A stretch of 64,000 nt of DNA from an uncultured Chloroflexia bacterium (GCA_963728205.1 CAVSIV010000006.1:1504001-1568000), one strand, 5' to 3'; positions 8,994-18,440 are shown, counted from the stretch's first letter. The notes: generated by a model from the sequence alone, not told the origin. Program-made: numbers and translations.

Positions 8994-9997
8994 TCGCTCT
9001 CCGCGGCCGGCTTGCGGCGGGGCGTCTCGCGTGGCGACGGCGTCGCGCTCCCCGGCCGCTCGAACCGCGACGGCGGCTCGGCGCCCGGACCCGCTGTCTC
9101 CACCGGCGGCGTCACGGGGTGCAGCCGGCGCTCGCGGTCGGCCGCCGTCTCGCCGCTCGGCAGCCCGATCGTCTGCGGCTCGGCGTGCGCGTGGAGGATG
9201 GCGTTGAGCTCCGCGCCGACGAGCATGATGAACGACGTAATGTACAGCCACATCATCAGCACGATGATCGTGCCGGCCGCGCCGTAGGTCGCCTGGTACG
9301 CGCCGAAGCGCGACACGTACACCGCGAACCCCGCCGTCGCGAGCACCCACGTGACCACGAACAGCAGCGAACCGACGACGACCCGCCGCATCGGGATGCG
9401 CACGTTCGGCGCGACGCGGTAGACGAACAGCATCGCGACGAAGAGCACCAGGAGCGTGACCGGGAACCGCGCATAGGCGACCGCCAGCCCCCACGCTCCG
9501 CCGAGCCCGAGCGAGCGCGCGAGGTGGTCGCCGGCAAACTGCCCGACGACGAGCAGCGCGAACCCGGCCACGAACGCCGCCCCGGCGAGCAACGTGAGGC
9601 CGATGCCCAGCGCCTGCTTGCGCACGAAGGGCCGTCCTTCGTCGACGTCGTACGCGCGGTTCATCGCCTTGATCGTCGACTTCACCCCGCTCGACGACGC
9701 CCACAGCGCCGCGATCGCGCCGAACGAGAGCAGGCCCGGGTGCGCCGACCCCAGCACGCTCTCGAGCTGCGAACGCAGGAAGCCCGCGGCGCTCGGCGGG
9801 ATCGACGTCGCGACGCGGCTCATCACCTCCTGCGTCGGGTTCTGCACATGCAGCCAGCTCGCCGCGAACCCGCCGAGCGCGGCGAGGAAGATGAAGAAGG
9901 GAAACAGCGCGAAGAGGAAGCGGTACGCGAGTTCCGCGGCGAGCCCGGGCACGTCGTCGTCCTGGATTTCGTGGAGCAGCTCGCGAAGGATGTCCAT
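8990..9997 (-). CDS. YihY/BrkB family inner membrane protein
   Basis: AAELAYRFLFALFP, LWASSSG, NRAYDV.E.R, Y.ATYG...I.LM.WLY. Confidence 0.88.
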   Translation of the reverse strand: MDILRELLHEIQDDDVPGLAAELAYRFLFALFPFFIFLAALGGFAASWLHVQNPTQEVMSRVATSIPPSAAGFLRSQLESVLGSAHPGLLSFGAIAALWASSSGVKSTIKAMNRAYDVDEGRPFVRKQALGIGLTLLAGAAFVAGFALLVVGQFAGDHLARSLGLGGAWGLAVAYARFPVTLLVLFVAMLFVYRVAPNVRIPMRRVVVGSLLFVVTWVLATAGFAVYVSRFGAYQATYGAAGTIIVLMMWLYITSFIMLVGAELNAILHAHAEPQTIGLPSGETAADRERRLHPVTPPVETAGPGAEPPSRFERPGSATPSPRETPRRKPAAESD

Positions 9998-10137
9998 GGG
10001 ACCTCCTCCGACCACGTTACCCGATGCGTGCTCGCACTCCCGCGCAGAGACATGCGCCGGACGTTGCGAGTGCATTGCCGCCGGCTCCGGCCGCGCCGCC
10101 CGTCGATGCAGGGCAGCGCGGGCGGGCGGGCGGGGCC

Positions 10138-10953
10138 TCACACCTTGCGGTAGCGGTTCACCGCGATCGGCGCCGCGACCAGCGTGATCGCCGCGATCCA
10201 GAGCAGCGCCAGCCACACGGAGTCGCCGACGGGCGTGCCCAGCGAGAGCGCGCGTACGGCGTCCACCGTGTGCGACACCGGGTTCGCCTCCGCGATCGCG
10301 CGCAGCCAGGCGGGCATCGTCTGCACCGGGACGAACGCCGACGACACGAACACGAACGGGAAGACCCAGAAGAAGCCGGCGGTCTGCACCGTCTCGACGT
10401 CGCGCACGCTCACGCCGATGGCGGCGGAGATCCAGGAGAACGGCACGCCGAAGAGGACGGCCATCACGACGACGAAGAACGCGTCGACCGGCCCGCCGTG
10501 GAAGCGGAACCCGATCAGATACCCGACCGCGATCATCAGCAGCACGACGAACACGTTGCGGATCGTGTCCGCGATGATGCGACCGGACACCACCGCCGGG
10601 CGCGCCATCGGCAGCGAGCGGTAGCGGTCGATCATGCCGGCCGAGAGATCCTCGGCGAGCCCGAGGCCCGTGGCCATCGACCCGAACAGCACCGTCTGCA
10701 CGAAGATGCCCGGCAGCAGGAAGTCGGTGTAGTTGCCGGTCGCGCCGCTCACGGCGCCGCCGAAGACGTAGTTGAAGAGCACGACGAACATCACCGGCTG
10801 CACCGTCGAGAAGAACAGCAGCTCCGGCAGGCGCACGTAGCGGAGCAGGTTGCGTCGGGCCATCGTCAGCGAGTCGGTGACGACCCACCGCATGCGCGTC
10901 GCCCGCGAGGGGCGGATCGGCGCCGCCGACATCGTCCCGGTCAGCGCCGTCAT
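10138..10953 (-). CDS. ABC-2 type permease (DrrB-like)
   Basis: QPVMFVVLF.YVFGG, G.IDRYRSLPM, SSAFVP..TMP.WL..A..NP. Confidence 0.9.
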   Translation of the reverse strand: MTALTGTMSAAPIRPSRATRMRWVVTDSLTMARRNLLRYVRLPELLFFSTVQPVMFVVLFNYVFGGAVSGATGNYTDFLLPGIFVQTVLFGSMATGLGLAEDLSAGMIDRYRSLPMARPAVVSGRIIADTIRNVFVVLLMIAVGYLIGFRFHGGPVDAFFVVVMAVLFGVPFSWISAAIGVSVRDVETVQTAGFFWVFPFVFVSSAFVPVQTMPAWLRAIAEANPVSHTVDAVRALSLGTPVGDSVWLALLWIAAITLVAAPIAVNRYRKV

Positions 10954-12035
10954 CGCCCGCCCCTTCCGCGTCGCCGGCCGCGCGCAGCCGGCGCCTCGTT
11001 GTCCGCGTTGCCGTCGCCGGCGCTCGCGACGCCGGCGGCCCCGGGGTCCTCGGCGCGGTGACCCGTGAGCGCGAGGAACACGTCGTCGAGGGTCGGGTGG
11101 CGCAGGCCGATGTCGGTGAGCTCCACGCCGGCGGCGTCGAGCTCACGCACGGCCTGCGCAAGCACCATCGTGCCGCCGGCGACCGCGACCGACAGGCGGC
11201 GGTCGTCGCCGTTCACCTGAGGCTCGTCGTCGCCGAGGCGAGCGAGCACGTCGCGCGCGGCGGGCACCTGCTCCGGCTGGGCGACCTGCAGCGTGAGCAC
11301 GGCGCTCGCGCTGCGCGCCTTCAGCTCGTCGGACGTGCCCTCGGCGATCACGCGGCCGCGGTCGATCACGGTGATGCGGTCGGCAAGCTCGTCCGCCTCC
11401 TCGAGGTACTGCGTCGTGAGCAGCACGGTCGTGCCCTCGTCGACGAGCCCGCGGATCACCTCCCACATCTGGATACGGCTGCGCGGGTCGAGGCCGGAGG
11501 TGGGCTCGTCGAGGAACAGCACCGGCGGGTGCGCGATCAGGCTGGCCGCGAGGTCGAGCCGTCGCCGCATCCCGCCGGAGTAGTTGCGCGCCATGCGGTC
11601 GGCGGCATCGACGAGGTCGAACCGCTCGAGCAGCTCGCTCGCGCGGCGCCGCGACTCGTCGCGCGGCAGGTGGTAGAGGCGCGCGACCATCTCCAGGTTC
11701 TCGCGGCCGGTGAGGTACTCGTCGATCGCGGCGCTCTGGCCGGCGAGGCCGATCACCGAGCGCAGGGCCTCGGCGTCGCGCACGACGTCGAGCCCGGCGA
11801 CGGTGGCGCTCCCGCCATCGGGACGTAGCAGCGTGGTGAGGATGCGCACGAGCGTGGTCTTGCCGGCGCCGTTCGGGCCGAGCAGCCCGAGTACGCTCCC
11901 GTGCTCGACCTCCAGGTCGACCCCGGCGAGCGCCTCGACGTCGCCGAAATGCTTGCGCACGTCCGCGACGCGGATGGCGGGGCCCGCGGGGTCGCGGCCG
12001 CCGGCGCCACGGTTGATGTGTGCCGTCGATGTCAC
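10950..12035 (-). CDS. ABC exporter ATP-binding protein (DrrA-like)
   Basis: Walker A GPNGAGKTT, YSGGMRRRLDLA, LFLDEPT, C-terminal PTLDDVFLALTG; GTG start at 12035. Confidence 0.9.
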   Translation of the reverse strand: MTSTAHINRGAGGRDPAGPAIRVADVRKHFGDVEALAGVDLEVEHGSVLGLLGPNGAGKTTLVRILTTLLRPDGGSATVAGLDVVRDAEALRSVIGLAGQSAAIDEYLTGRENLEMVARLYHLPRDESRRRASELLERFDLVDAADRMARNYSGGMRRRLDLAASLIAHPPVLFLDEPTSGLDPRSRIQMWEVIRGLVDEGTTVLLTTQYLEEADELADRITVIDRGRVIAEGTSDELKARSASAVLTLQVAQPEQVPAARDVLARLGDDEPQVNGDDRRLSVAVAGGTMVLAQAVRELDAAGVELTDIGLRHPTLDDVFLALTGHRAEDPGAAGVASAGDGNADNEAPAARGRRRGRGGR

Positions 12036-12062
12036 TCGGTTCGCCTTTCTCGGTCGGAGCCG

Positions 12063-12123
12063 GGCGGGGCTGTGCAGCCGTGAGCCCGACCGATCCATGG
12101 TCGGGCTCACGGCCAGCCCCCGC
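12063..12123 (-). terminator. Long GC hairpin between the micro-ORFs and drrA-like gene (terminator/attenuator candidate)
   Basis: Perfect 15-bp stem GCCGTGAGCCCGACC/GGTCGGGCTCACGGC (12077-12113) extended by GGCGGGGCTG/CAGCCCCCGCC; no U-tract. Confidence 0.5.
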
Positions 12124-12136
12124 CACCGCGCCGGGA

Positions 12137-12292
12137 CTAGACGAGGCGCCGAGCGCCGCGCTCCGCCTCGTACAGCGGCAGGCACGCCGCCGCGAGGTCG
12201 CGGCACGACTCCGCGCGGGTCGGCTGGCCGCAGCGCACGAGGCGAGCGCGGTACAGGACGCGCTCGTGGAAGCGATTGATGCTGGGTTCCAT
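12137..12292 (-). CDS. Small protein, 51 aa (paralog B)
   Basis: RBS GGAGG 6 nt before ATG; MEPSINRFHERVLYRARLVRCGQPTRAESCRDL...; colinear with 12388-12537. Confidence 0.75.
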   Translation of the reverse strand: MEPSINRFHERVLYRARLVRCGQPTRAESCRDLAAACLPLYEAERGARRLV

Positions 12293-12387
12293 GGGGTTCC
12301 TCCCGGGTGATCGTCGCCGATCGCCCCTCACTGTCGCGTCGCCGATCCGGCGGGCGTCCGCCCGCGCGATCGGTCCCGCTCGAACGG

Positions 12388-12537
12388 CTAGGCCAGGCGC
12401 CCGCGAAAGCGCGACGCGCCCGCGATCTGCGCGTGTCGTGCCTCCACGTCACGGCGGCTCTCATCGCGCGATGGGAGGCCGGCGCGGTTCCGGCCGAGCT
12501 TCAGAACGCTGTTGTGGAAGCGATCGACGTCGAACAT
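12388..12537 (-). CDS. Small protein, 49 aa (paralog A; not in ORF track)
   Basis: RBS GGAG 6 nt before ATG; MFDVDRFHNSVLKLGRNRAGLPSRDESRRDVEARHAQIAGASRFRGRLA. Confidence 0.75.
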   Translation of the reverse strand: MFDVDRFHNSVLKLGRNRAGLPSRDESRRDVEARHAQIAGASRFRGRLA

Positions 12538-12580
12538 CTGGGGCTCCGCTCGCGCCTCTCGGTGCGCTGATGTTGTCCTG

Positions 12581-12617
12581 ACGACGTCACTATGACGTCA
12601 TAATGGCGTCTTGTCAA
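12581..12617 (-). promoter_or_regulatory. Sigma70-type promoter with three phased operator repeats
   Basis: Minus strand TTGACA (12617-12612)-17 nt-CATAGT (12594-12589); repeats ACGACGTCA, ATGACGTCA, ATGGCGTCT at 12581, 12592, 12603. Confidence 0.7.
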
Positions 12618-12668
12618 CTGCGGTGGAGGGGGCCGGTTCGCGCGGGCGGTTGGGGGCGCGCGCGGCGG

Positions 12669-12702
12669 CTCAGCCCGCTGACGCGTGGCCGTTCGCCGCG
12701 GG
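12669..12702 (-). repeat. Repeat family C, copy 2
   Basis: Reverse complement CCCGCGGCGAACGGCCACGCGTCAGCGGGCTGAG matches 3945-3978. Confidence 0.75.
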
Positions 12703-12782
12703 CGGCCCTCGCCGCGGGCGGTCGTCCGCCCAGCGCTCCCGTGGCACACTGGCCGGCGTTCCCGCAGCGAGAGGGGTGATGC

Positions 12783-13220
12783 ATGTCCATGACGCCGGAG
12801 CAGCTCGACGCGTTCCTCGCGCAACCGCTCGTGGCCGCCATCGCGACCGTCGACGACGACGGCCGCCCGCGCCAGGCGCCCGTCTGGTACCACTGGGCCG
12901 ACGGCGCGGCGTACGTCTTCACCGGTCGCGGCACCCTGAAGTGGCGCAACCTCGAGCGGCGCCCCGTCGCCTCGCTGTGCGTCGACCGCCGCGAGCCGCC
13001 CTACGCCGCGGCCATCCTCACCGGCCGCGTCGAGCCGAGCGATCGCCCGCTTTACGACCTCGTGCGCACGATGGCCGTCGCCTACTACGGTGAGCGCCGC
13101 GGCGTCGAGTTCGCCGAGTCCTACCGCGACAACCCCGGCGCCGTCGCCTTCCGCATCGTCCCCGACGAGATCGCGTCGTGGGACTACCGCGATCGCGACG
13201 GGGAGGCCGGGGAGGCGTGA
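12783..13220 (+). CDS. PPOX-class (pyridoxamine 5'-phosphate oxidase-like), probably F420-dependent
   Basis: IATVDDDGRP...PVWY, K.RNL.R.P..SLCVD, SWDY. Confidence 0.85.
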   Translation: MSMTPEQLDAFLAQPLVAAIATVDDDGRPRQAPVWYHWADGAAYVFTGRGTLKWRNLERRPVASLCVDRREPPYAAAILTGRVEPSDRPLYDLVRTMAVAYYGERRGVEFAESYRDNPGAVAFRIVPDEIASWDYRDRDGEAGEA

Positions 13221-13236
13221 GCCGGGGGAGGTCCGC

Positions 13237-14133
13237 GTGAGCATTCCGTCCGGGGCCCGCTACCGCGTCGGCGCGGTGGACTTCGCCATCGTCAACGACG
13301 GCACGTACTGGTACGACGCCGGCGCGATCTTCGGCGTGGTGCCGCGCGTGATGTGGGAGCGCGTGCAACGCGACCTTGACGATCGCTACCGCATGCCGCT
13401 CGGCCTCAACTGCATCCTGCTGCGCTCGCGCGGCAAGACCGTGCTGGTCGAGACGGGCGTCGGCGGCAAGCCGGGCGACCGCGACGCCGCCTCGCCCGCC
13501 GAAGACGGCACCCTGATGACGTCGCTCGCCGCGCTCGGCGTCGCGCCCGCGGACGTCGACGTCGTCGTGAACACGCACCTCCACGCCGACCACTGCGGCT
13601 GGAACACGACCGTCGACGCGGACGGCATCCTGCGGCCGACCTTCCCGAACGCGACCTACGTCATCAACGCGCGCGAGTGGGAGGACGCGACACACCCGAA
13701 CGAGCGCACGCGCGCCACGTACCTCGAGCGGAACCTCGACCCGATCGAGGAGCACGTCGAGCTGGTCGACGGCGACTACGCCATCACCGACGAGCTGCAC
13801 TTCGTCCCGGCACGCGGCCATACCGAGGGGCACAGCACCGTCGTCATCCGCTCCGGGCAGGAGCTCGCCGTGTACCTCGGCGACCTCGCGCAGCACCGCA
13901 CGCAGCTCGAGCGCACGGCGTGGGTGTCGGGGCTCGACATCCTGCCGCTCGTCTCGTTGGAGACGAAGCGGCAACTGATGGAGGACGCGATCGAGCGCGA
14001 CTCGCTGCTCGTCTTTTGCCACGGCGCGTATCCGGGGGTGGGCCGCATGACGCGCACGCCCGAGGGCTACCGCCGCTGGGTCGACGAGCCGCCGCTCGGC
14101 GACGCGGTGGAGCCGGGGGCGGCGCCCGCGTGA
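13237..14133 (+). CDS. MBL-fold metallo-hydrolase (YtnP-like)
   Basis: DAGAIFGVVPRVMW, THLHADHCG, NERTRATY, GHTEGH. Confidence 0.85.
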   Translation: MSIPSGARYRVGAVDFAIVNDGTYWYDAGAIFGVVPRVMWERVQRDLDDRYRMPLGLNCILLRSRGKTVLVETGVGGKPGDRDAASPAEDGTLMTSLAALGVAPADVDVVVNTHLHADHCGWNTTVDADGILRPTFPNATYVINAREWEDATHPNERTRATYLERNLDPIEEHVELVDGDYAITDELHFVPARGHTEGHSTVVIRSGQELAVYLGDLAQHRTQLERTAWVSGLDILPLVSLETKRQLMEDAIERDSLLVFCHGAYPGVGRMTRTPEGYRRWVDEPPLGDAVEPGAAPA

Positions 14134-15311
14134 CCGCGCCGCGCGAGCCCGGCACGCCCGGCGACGGTGGCGGCGTCGGCCGCTCCGACGTGCCGCCCCA
14201 GAACACGCTGCCCGTGCTGCAGGCCCGCGACCGCACGAACGTGCTGCCGCTCGCGTCGCTGCACCTGCGCCAGGGCTGGCACCCCGCGCCGGTCTACGGC
14301 TGGACGCTGCCGCTGTGGTTCCGCGGCCTCTACGACGAGCAGCTCGCCGCGCGCACGACCGCCGCGATCTTCGACCGCTCGCACCTCGGTCGCTTCTACG
14401 TGACCGGCGAAGCGGCCGCCGACGTGCTCGGCCGCGTCTTCGCGACCGACCCCGCTCGCGTCGCGCCACTCGGCGTGTCGCGCGCCGTCGCCTGCCGCGA
14501 CGACGGCGCCATCCTCGACGTCGCCACCCTGTGCCACCTCGACGCGGGCCGCTGGCTCGTCGTCACGGGGCCGCGCGCGCAGGTGCGGCTGCGCGAGGAC
14601 GTGGCGGCTGTGGTCGCGGCCGGCGAGGACGTGGTGGTGCGCGACCGCCTGCCGGAGTCGGTGCTGCTCTCGGTGCAGGGTCCGAACGCGGCCGCGCTGC
14701 TCGAGCAGGTCGTGGGCCAGACGCTGCCGCACGCGGTGCCGCGCGGCGAGGCGCACGAGCTGCTGCTCGGCGGCTACCGCGCGCTGGTCGCGCGCACGTC
14801 GCAGATCGGCGAGGACGGCTACTGGTTCCTCGTATCGGGCGAGGTCGGGGAGCACTTCTGGGAGAGCTGCGCCGCGGCCGGCATCGTGCCGGCCGGGCTC
14901 GCCGCGCACGACGCGCTGCGCCTCGAGGCCGGCGTGCTCGAGTCGCCGCACGAGACGCCGGCGCCGGCCACCCCCGCGGCCGCCGGCATGGGCGACCTGG
15001 TCGACCTCGACGCGCGCGACGGCGCGCCGCGCGCCTTCCCCGGCGCCGCGGCGCTGCGCGCCGCCGGCCCTCCGTCCCGCCGTGCCGCCGGCCTGCGCCT
15101 CGAGGGCCGCGCGCTCGCGAAGCGCGGCGCACGCGTCCGCGTCGACGGCCGCGACGCCGGAGCCTGCCTCGCCGGCGCCTACTCCGCGAAGCTCGCCACC
15201 AGCATCGCGCTCGCCTACCTCCCGCCCGGCGTCGCGCGCGTCGAGGTGGAGGTGGACGGCGCCGTCGTGCCGGCGGAGGTCGTGTCGCTGCCGTTCGTCG
15301 CCCCGCGCTGA
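14130..15311 (+). CDS. GcvT-like aminomethyltransferase (divergent)
   Basis: GWTLPLWF, FDRSHLG, LSVQGP, GEDG, GLAAHDALRLEAG, YS..L...IALAYL, VV.LPF. Confidence 0.75.
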   Translation: MTAPREPGTPGDGGGVGRSDVPPQNTLPVLQARDRTNVLPLASLHLRQGWHPAPVYGWTLPLWFRGLYDEQLAARTTAAIFDRSHLGRFYVTGEAAADVLGRVFATDPARVAPLGVSRAVACRDDGAILDVATLCHLDAGRWLVVTGPRAQVRLREDVAAVVAAGEDVVVRDRLPESVLLSVQGPNAAALLEQVVGQTLPHAVPRGEAHELLLGGYRALVARTSQIGEDGYWFLVSGEVGEHFWESCAAAGIVPAGLAAHDALRLEAGVLESPHETPAPATPAAAGMGDLVDLDARDGAPRAFPGAAALRAAGPPSRRAAGLRLEGRALAKRGARVRVDGRDAGACLAGAYSAKLATSIALAYLPPGVARVEVEVDGAVVPAEVVSLPFVAPR

Positions 15312-15480
15312 CCGCCCCCGGTTCACGTTTTCGGCGCGCGGAACACGCCGGCGTTCCGGACGAATCCCGCGAAGCGAGCCACGGCGCTCCCGTGCACCGA
15401 GCCATCGCCGCGCGCGGCGTGGGGTGATGGCTCGAACCCCGAGCCCCGTCGTGGCCTGCGGACGCGGGTGCGGCCGTCCG

Positions 15481-15588
15481 CCGCACCACAGCGGCGGCGG
15501 ATACGCCGCCGACAGCACGCGGACGCCAGTCCGCGCTGCTGCTGCCGCACACCTGTCGGCGGCATGTCTGCCGCCGCTGTGGGTGCGG
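15481..15588. repeat. REP/BIME-like inverted pair, family B
   Basis: CAGCGGCGGCGGATACGCCGCCGACAG ... CTGTCGGCGGCATGTCTGCCGCCGCTG between convergent genes. Confidence 0.75.
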
Positions 15589-15601
15589 CGGACGGACCCG
15601 C

Positions 15602-17707
15602 CTACAGGTGCCGCTGGATCGGCAGCTCGCGGTGCCGCTGGCCCGTCGCCGCGAACACGCCGCTGGAGATCGCCGCGGCGATCGGGACGATGCCCGGCTC
15701 GCCGGCGCCCGTCGACGGGTCGCTGTCGTCGCCGACCAGCGACGTGTCGATGCGCGGCGTGTTGTTGATCCGCGGCACGCGGTAGCGGGTGAAGCCGGGG
15801 TTCAGCAGGCGGCCCGCCTCGAAGTCGATCGCCTCGTAGAGCGCCGTGCCCATGCCCATCACCACCGAGCCCTCGACCTGGTTGCGCACGCCCTCGGGGT
15901 TCACGACGAGGCCGCAGTCGAGCGCGGCGGCGACGCGGTCGACGCGCACCTCCTTGCCCTGCACCCGCAGCTCGACCGCGGTGGCGACGTAGCTGCCGAC
16001 GTCGATCCCGAGCGCGATGCCGAGCCCGCGCGCGCGCTGTTGCGCCGGATCGGCGTCCCAGCCGATGTCGGCGGCGGCGCGCTCCAGCACGCGGCGGAAG
16101 CGCGGGTGCGAGAGGTTGCGCAGGCGCAGCTCCAGCGGGTCCGCGCCGACCGCCTCCGCGATCTCGTCCATGTGCACCTCGCGCGCGAAGTGGTTCACCG
16201 CCGCGCCCAGCGATCGATATGAGCCGCTCGGCAGCGGGCTGTCCGAGCGATAGACCATCGAGCGCACGTGCGCGACGTCGTATGGCGTCTCCGAGCCGCG
16301 CCGGCCGATCATCACGCGCTCGCCGGTGTGGTACGCGTTCGCCTCCCACGCGGTCAGCGTGCCGTCGGCGCGGAAGCCGCTCTTAATCTGGATCAGGGCG
16401 CAGGGGCGGAAGGTCGCCCACGTCGTCTCCTCGGGGCGCGTGTACGCGACGCGCACCGGGCGCCCCGCCGCACGCGCGAGCCGCGCCGCCTCGATCGCGA
16501 TCGGGTAGATGCTCTTGCCGCCGAAGCCGCCGCCGATCTCGGGCGCGATCACCTGGATGCGCGACTCGTCGATCTCGAGCGCCTGCGCGAGGTCGGCGCG
16601 CACGCCGAAGGGGCGCTGCGTGCCGGCCCAGACGGTGAGGTGGGCGCCCTCCCACGCGGCCACCGCCGCGCGCGGCTCCATCGGCGCGTTCGTCACGTAG
16701 GGGATGAAGTAGGTCGACTCGAGGACGTGTACCGCCTCGCGGAAGCCCGCGTCGAGGTCGCCCGCCTCCTGCGTCGCGTAGCCGTCGGCGGCGCTCTCGA
16801 CGAGCAGCGTCGGCATGTCCCAGCGCGACGGCTGGCCCGGCTGCTCCTCCCACTCCGCGCGCAGCACGCGCGCCGCGAGCTCGCCAGCCTCGTCGCTCTC
16901 GGCGAGCACCGCGAGCAGGTTGCCCTCGCGCACGACCTGCGCGACGCCGGGCATCGCCTCGGCGGCCGTCGCGTCCACGTCGCGCAGCTGGGCGTGGTAC
17001 GAGGGCCGCCGCACGACGGTCGCGAAGAGCATCCCCGGCACCTGCACGTCCTGCGAGTAGACGGCCTGCCCGGTGACGCGCATTACCGCGTCGACGCGCT
17101 GTGTCACCTCGCCCATCACCGTGAATTCCGCGCGCTCGTTCAGCGGCGTCTCGCGGTCGAGCGGGATCGCGAGGCGCTGGCCCCGCACGAGCTCGCCGTA
17201 GTCGACCGCGCGCGAGGGGTCGTTCGTCGACACGACGCGGCCGTCGCGGCAGGCGAGCTGGCTCACCGGCAGGTCGAGCCGGTCGGCGGCCAGCGCCTTC
17301 AGGTACTCGCGGGCGGTCGACGCCGCGCGCCGCAGCTGCAGGCCGACGCGCGCCGTCGACTGGCTGCCGAACGTGCCCATGTCCCACGGCACGACGTCGG
17401 TGTCGCCGAGGATCGTCGTCACGCGCTCGAGCGGCAGGGCCAGCTCGTCGGCGACCTCGACGGTGAGGCCGTGGCGGATGCCCTGGCCGTACTCGACCTT
17501 GCCGGCGAAGGCGGTGGCGGTGCCGTCGGGGTGGACGCGCAGCCACGTCGCCGTCTCGCGCTCGGGCTCGGTGTTGCCGTACGTCGCCTGGCCGTAGCCG
17601 CTGCGACTCGCCGGGAAGCCCACGGTCACCTCGCCGGTGACCGACAGGCCCTCGTCGGCCGTGTCCGCGGCGGTGGCCGTGGCGGGGATGTGCGGGGTGG
17701 TGGTCAT
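15602..17707 (-). CDS. Xanthine-dehydrogenase-family molybdopterin subunit (IorB-like)
   Basis: GKVEYGQG, GTFGSQS, APMEP, GGGFGGK, DCGLVVNP...NQVEG, GAGEP. Confidence 0.88.
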   Translation of the reverse strand: MTTTPHIPATATAADTADEGLSVTGEVTVGFPASRSGYGQATYGNTEPERETATWLRVHPDGTATAFAGKVEYGQGIRHGLTVEVADELALPLERVTTILGDTDVVPWDMGTFGSQSTARVGLQLRRAASTAREYLKALAADRLDLPVSQLACRDGRVVSTNDPSRAVDYGELVRGQRLAIPLDRETPLNERAEFTVMGEVTQRVDAVMRVTGQAVYSQDVQVPGMLFATVVRRPSYHAQLRDVDATAAEAMPGVAQVVREGNLLAVLAESDEAGELAARVLRAEWEEQPGQPSRWDMPTLLVESAADGYATQEAGDLDAGFREAVHVLESTYFIPYVTNAPMEPRAAVAAWEGAHLTVWAGTQRPFGVRADLAQALEIDESRIQVIAPEIGGGFGGKSIYPIAIEAARLARAAGRPVRVAYTRPEETTWATFRPCALIQIKSGFRADGTLTAWEANAYHTGERVMIGRRGSETPYDVAHVRSMVYRSDSPLPSGSYRSLGAAVNHFAREVHMDEIAEAVGADPLELRLRNLSHPRFRRVLERAAADIGWDADPAQQRARGLGIALGIDVGSYVATAVELRVQGKEVRVDRVAAALDCGLVVNPEGVRNQVEGSVVMGMGTALYEAIDFEAGRLLNPGFTRYRVPRINNTPRIDTSLVGDDSDPSTGAGEPGIVPIAAAISSGVFAATGQRHRELPIQRHL

Positions 17708-18180
17708 GCCGCGCCGCCGTTCGCGCCGGCGCCCGCCGCGGCCGCGCGCTCGACCGCGCGCTGGATGCGCTGGTACGTGCCGCAGCGGCAGATGTGCTCC
17801 GAGAGCGCCTCGCGGATCTGCTCCGACGATGGGTCGTGCTCGCGCTGCAGCAGCCCGACCGACGTCATCACGAAGCCGGGGATGCAGTACCCGCACTGCA
17901 GCGCCTGCTCCTCGACGAACGCGCGCTGCACCGGGTGCAGCGCGCCGTCACGCGCGAGGCCCTCGATGGTGGTGACGTCGCCGCCGGCCACGGCGCCGAC
18001 GGTCGTGAGGCACGAGCGGATCGGCTGCCCGTCGACGAGCACCGTGCAGGCGCCGCACAGCCCCTCGCCGCAGCCGTACTTCGTGCCGGTCAGCCCGAGG
18101 TCGAAGCGGAGGTACGAGAGCAGGTTGCGATCGCCGCGCGCTGCCTCGCAGGCCTCGCCGTTCACGTTCAGGGTCGGCAC
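17704..18180 (-). CDS. (2Fe-2S)-binding small subunit (IorA/CoxS-like)
   Basis: GTKYGCGEGLCGACTVL, QCGYC, CRCG. Confidence 0.9.
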   Translation of the reverse strand: MPTLNVNGEACEAARGDRNLLSYLRFDLGLTGTKYGCGEGLCGACTVLVDGQPIRSCLTTVGAVAGGDVTTIEGLARDGALHPVQRAFVEEQALQCGYCIPGFVMTSVGLLQREHDPSSEQIREALSEHICRCGTYQRIQRAVERAAAAGAGANGGAA

Positions 18181-18404
18181 GTCGTGTCCTTTCCGGTGCG
18201 GTCGAGGCGCAGGATAACGCCGCGCCGCCTCGGTGGCGGCCCGCCGGTGGCCGGGCGACCTCCGTGCGGCGGCGAGCCCACCTTCGTGACGAGACGACGC
18301 ACACGCGACACGCGCCTCCGGCGCGGCGGCTGCTCCCTCGCGTCGCGGCATCACGAGAGAGCAGGGGGCTGACGCCGCTCCGCTCGCCGCGGCGGAGAAG
18401 GGCG

Positions 18405-18434
18405 TTGACATGTGACTGATAGGTCACATATAAC
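18405..18434 (+). promoter_or_regulatory. Promoter with palindromic ArsR operator
   Basis: TTGACA at 18405, TATAAC at 18429, ATGTGAC-N6-GTCACAT (18410-18429) in the spacer; ATG follows at 18441. Confidence 0.7.
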
Positions 18435-18440
18435 TCGGAC

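Noticed and set aside
12137-12537. RiPP precursor cluster
   Set aside because: No modifying enzyme or peptidase-containing transporter nearby, and the Cys residues of B are not conserved in A.
7172-14133. Quorum-quenching island (two lactonase-like MBLs)
   Set aside because: HxHxDH hydrolases are common and substrate cannot be inferred; the genes are in separate units.
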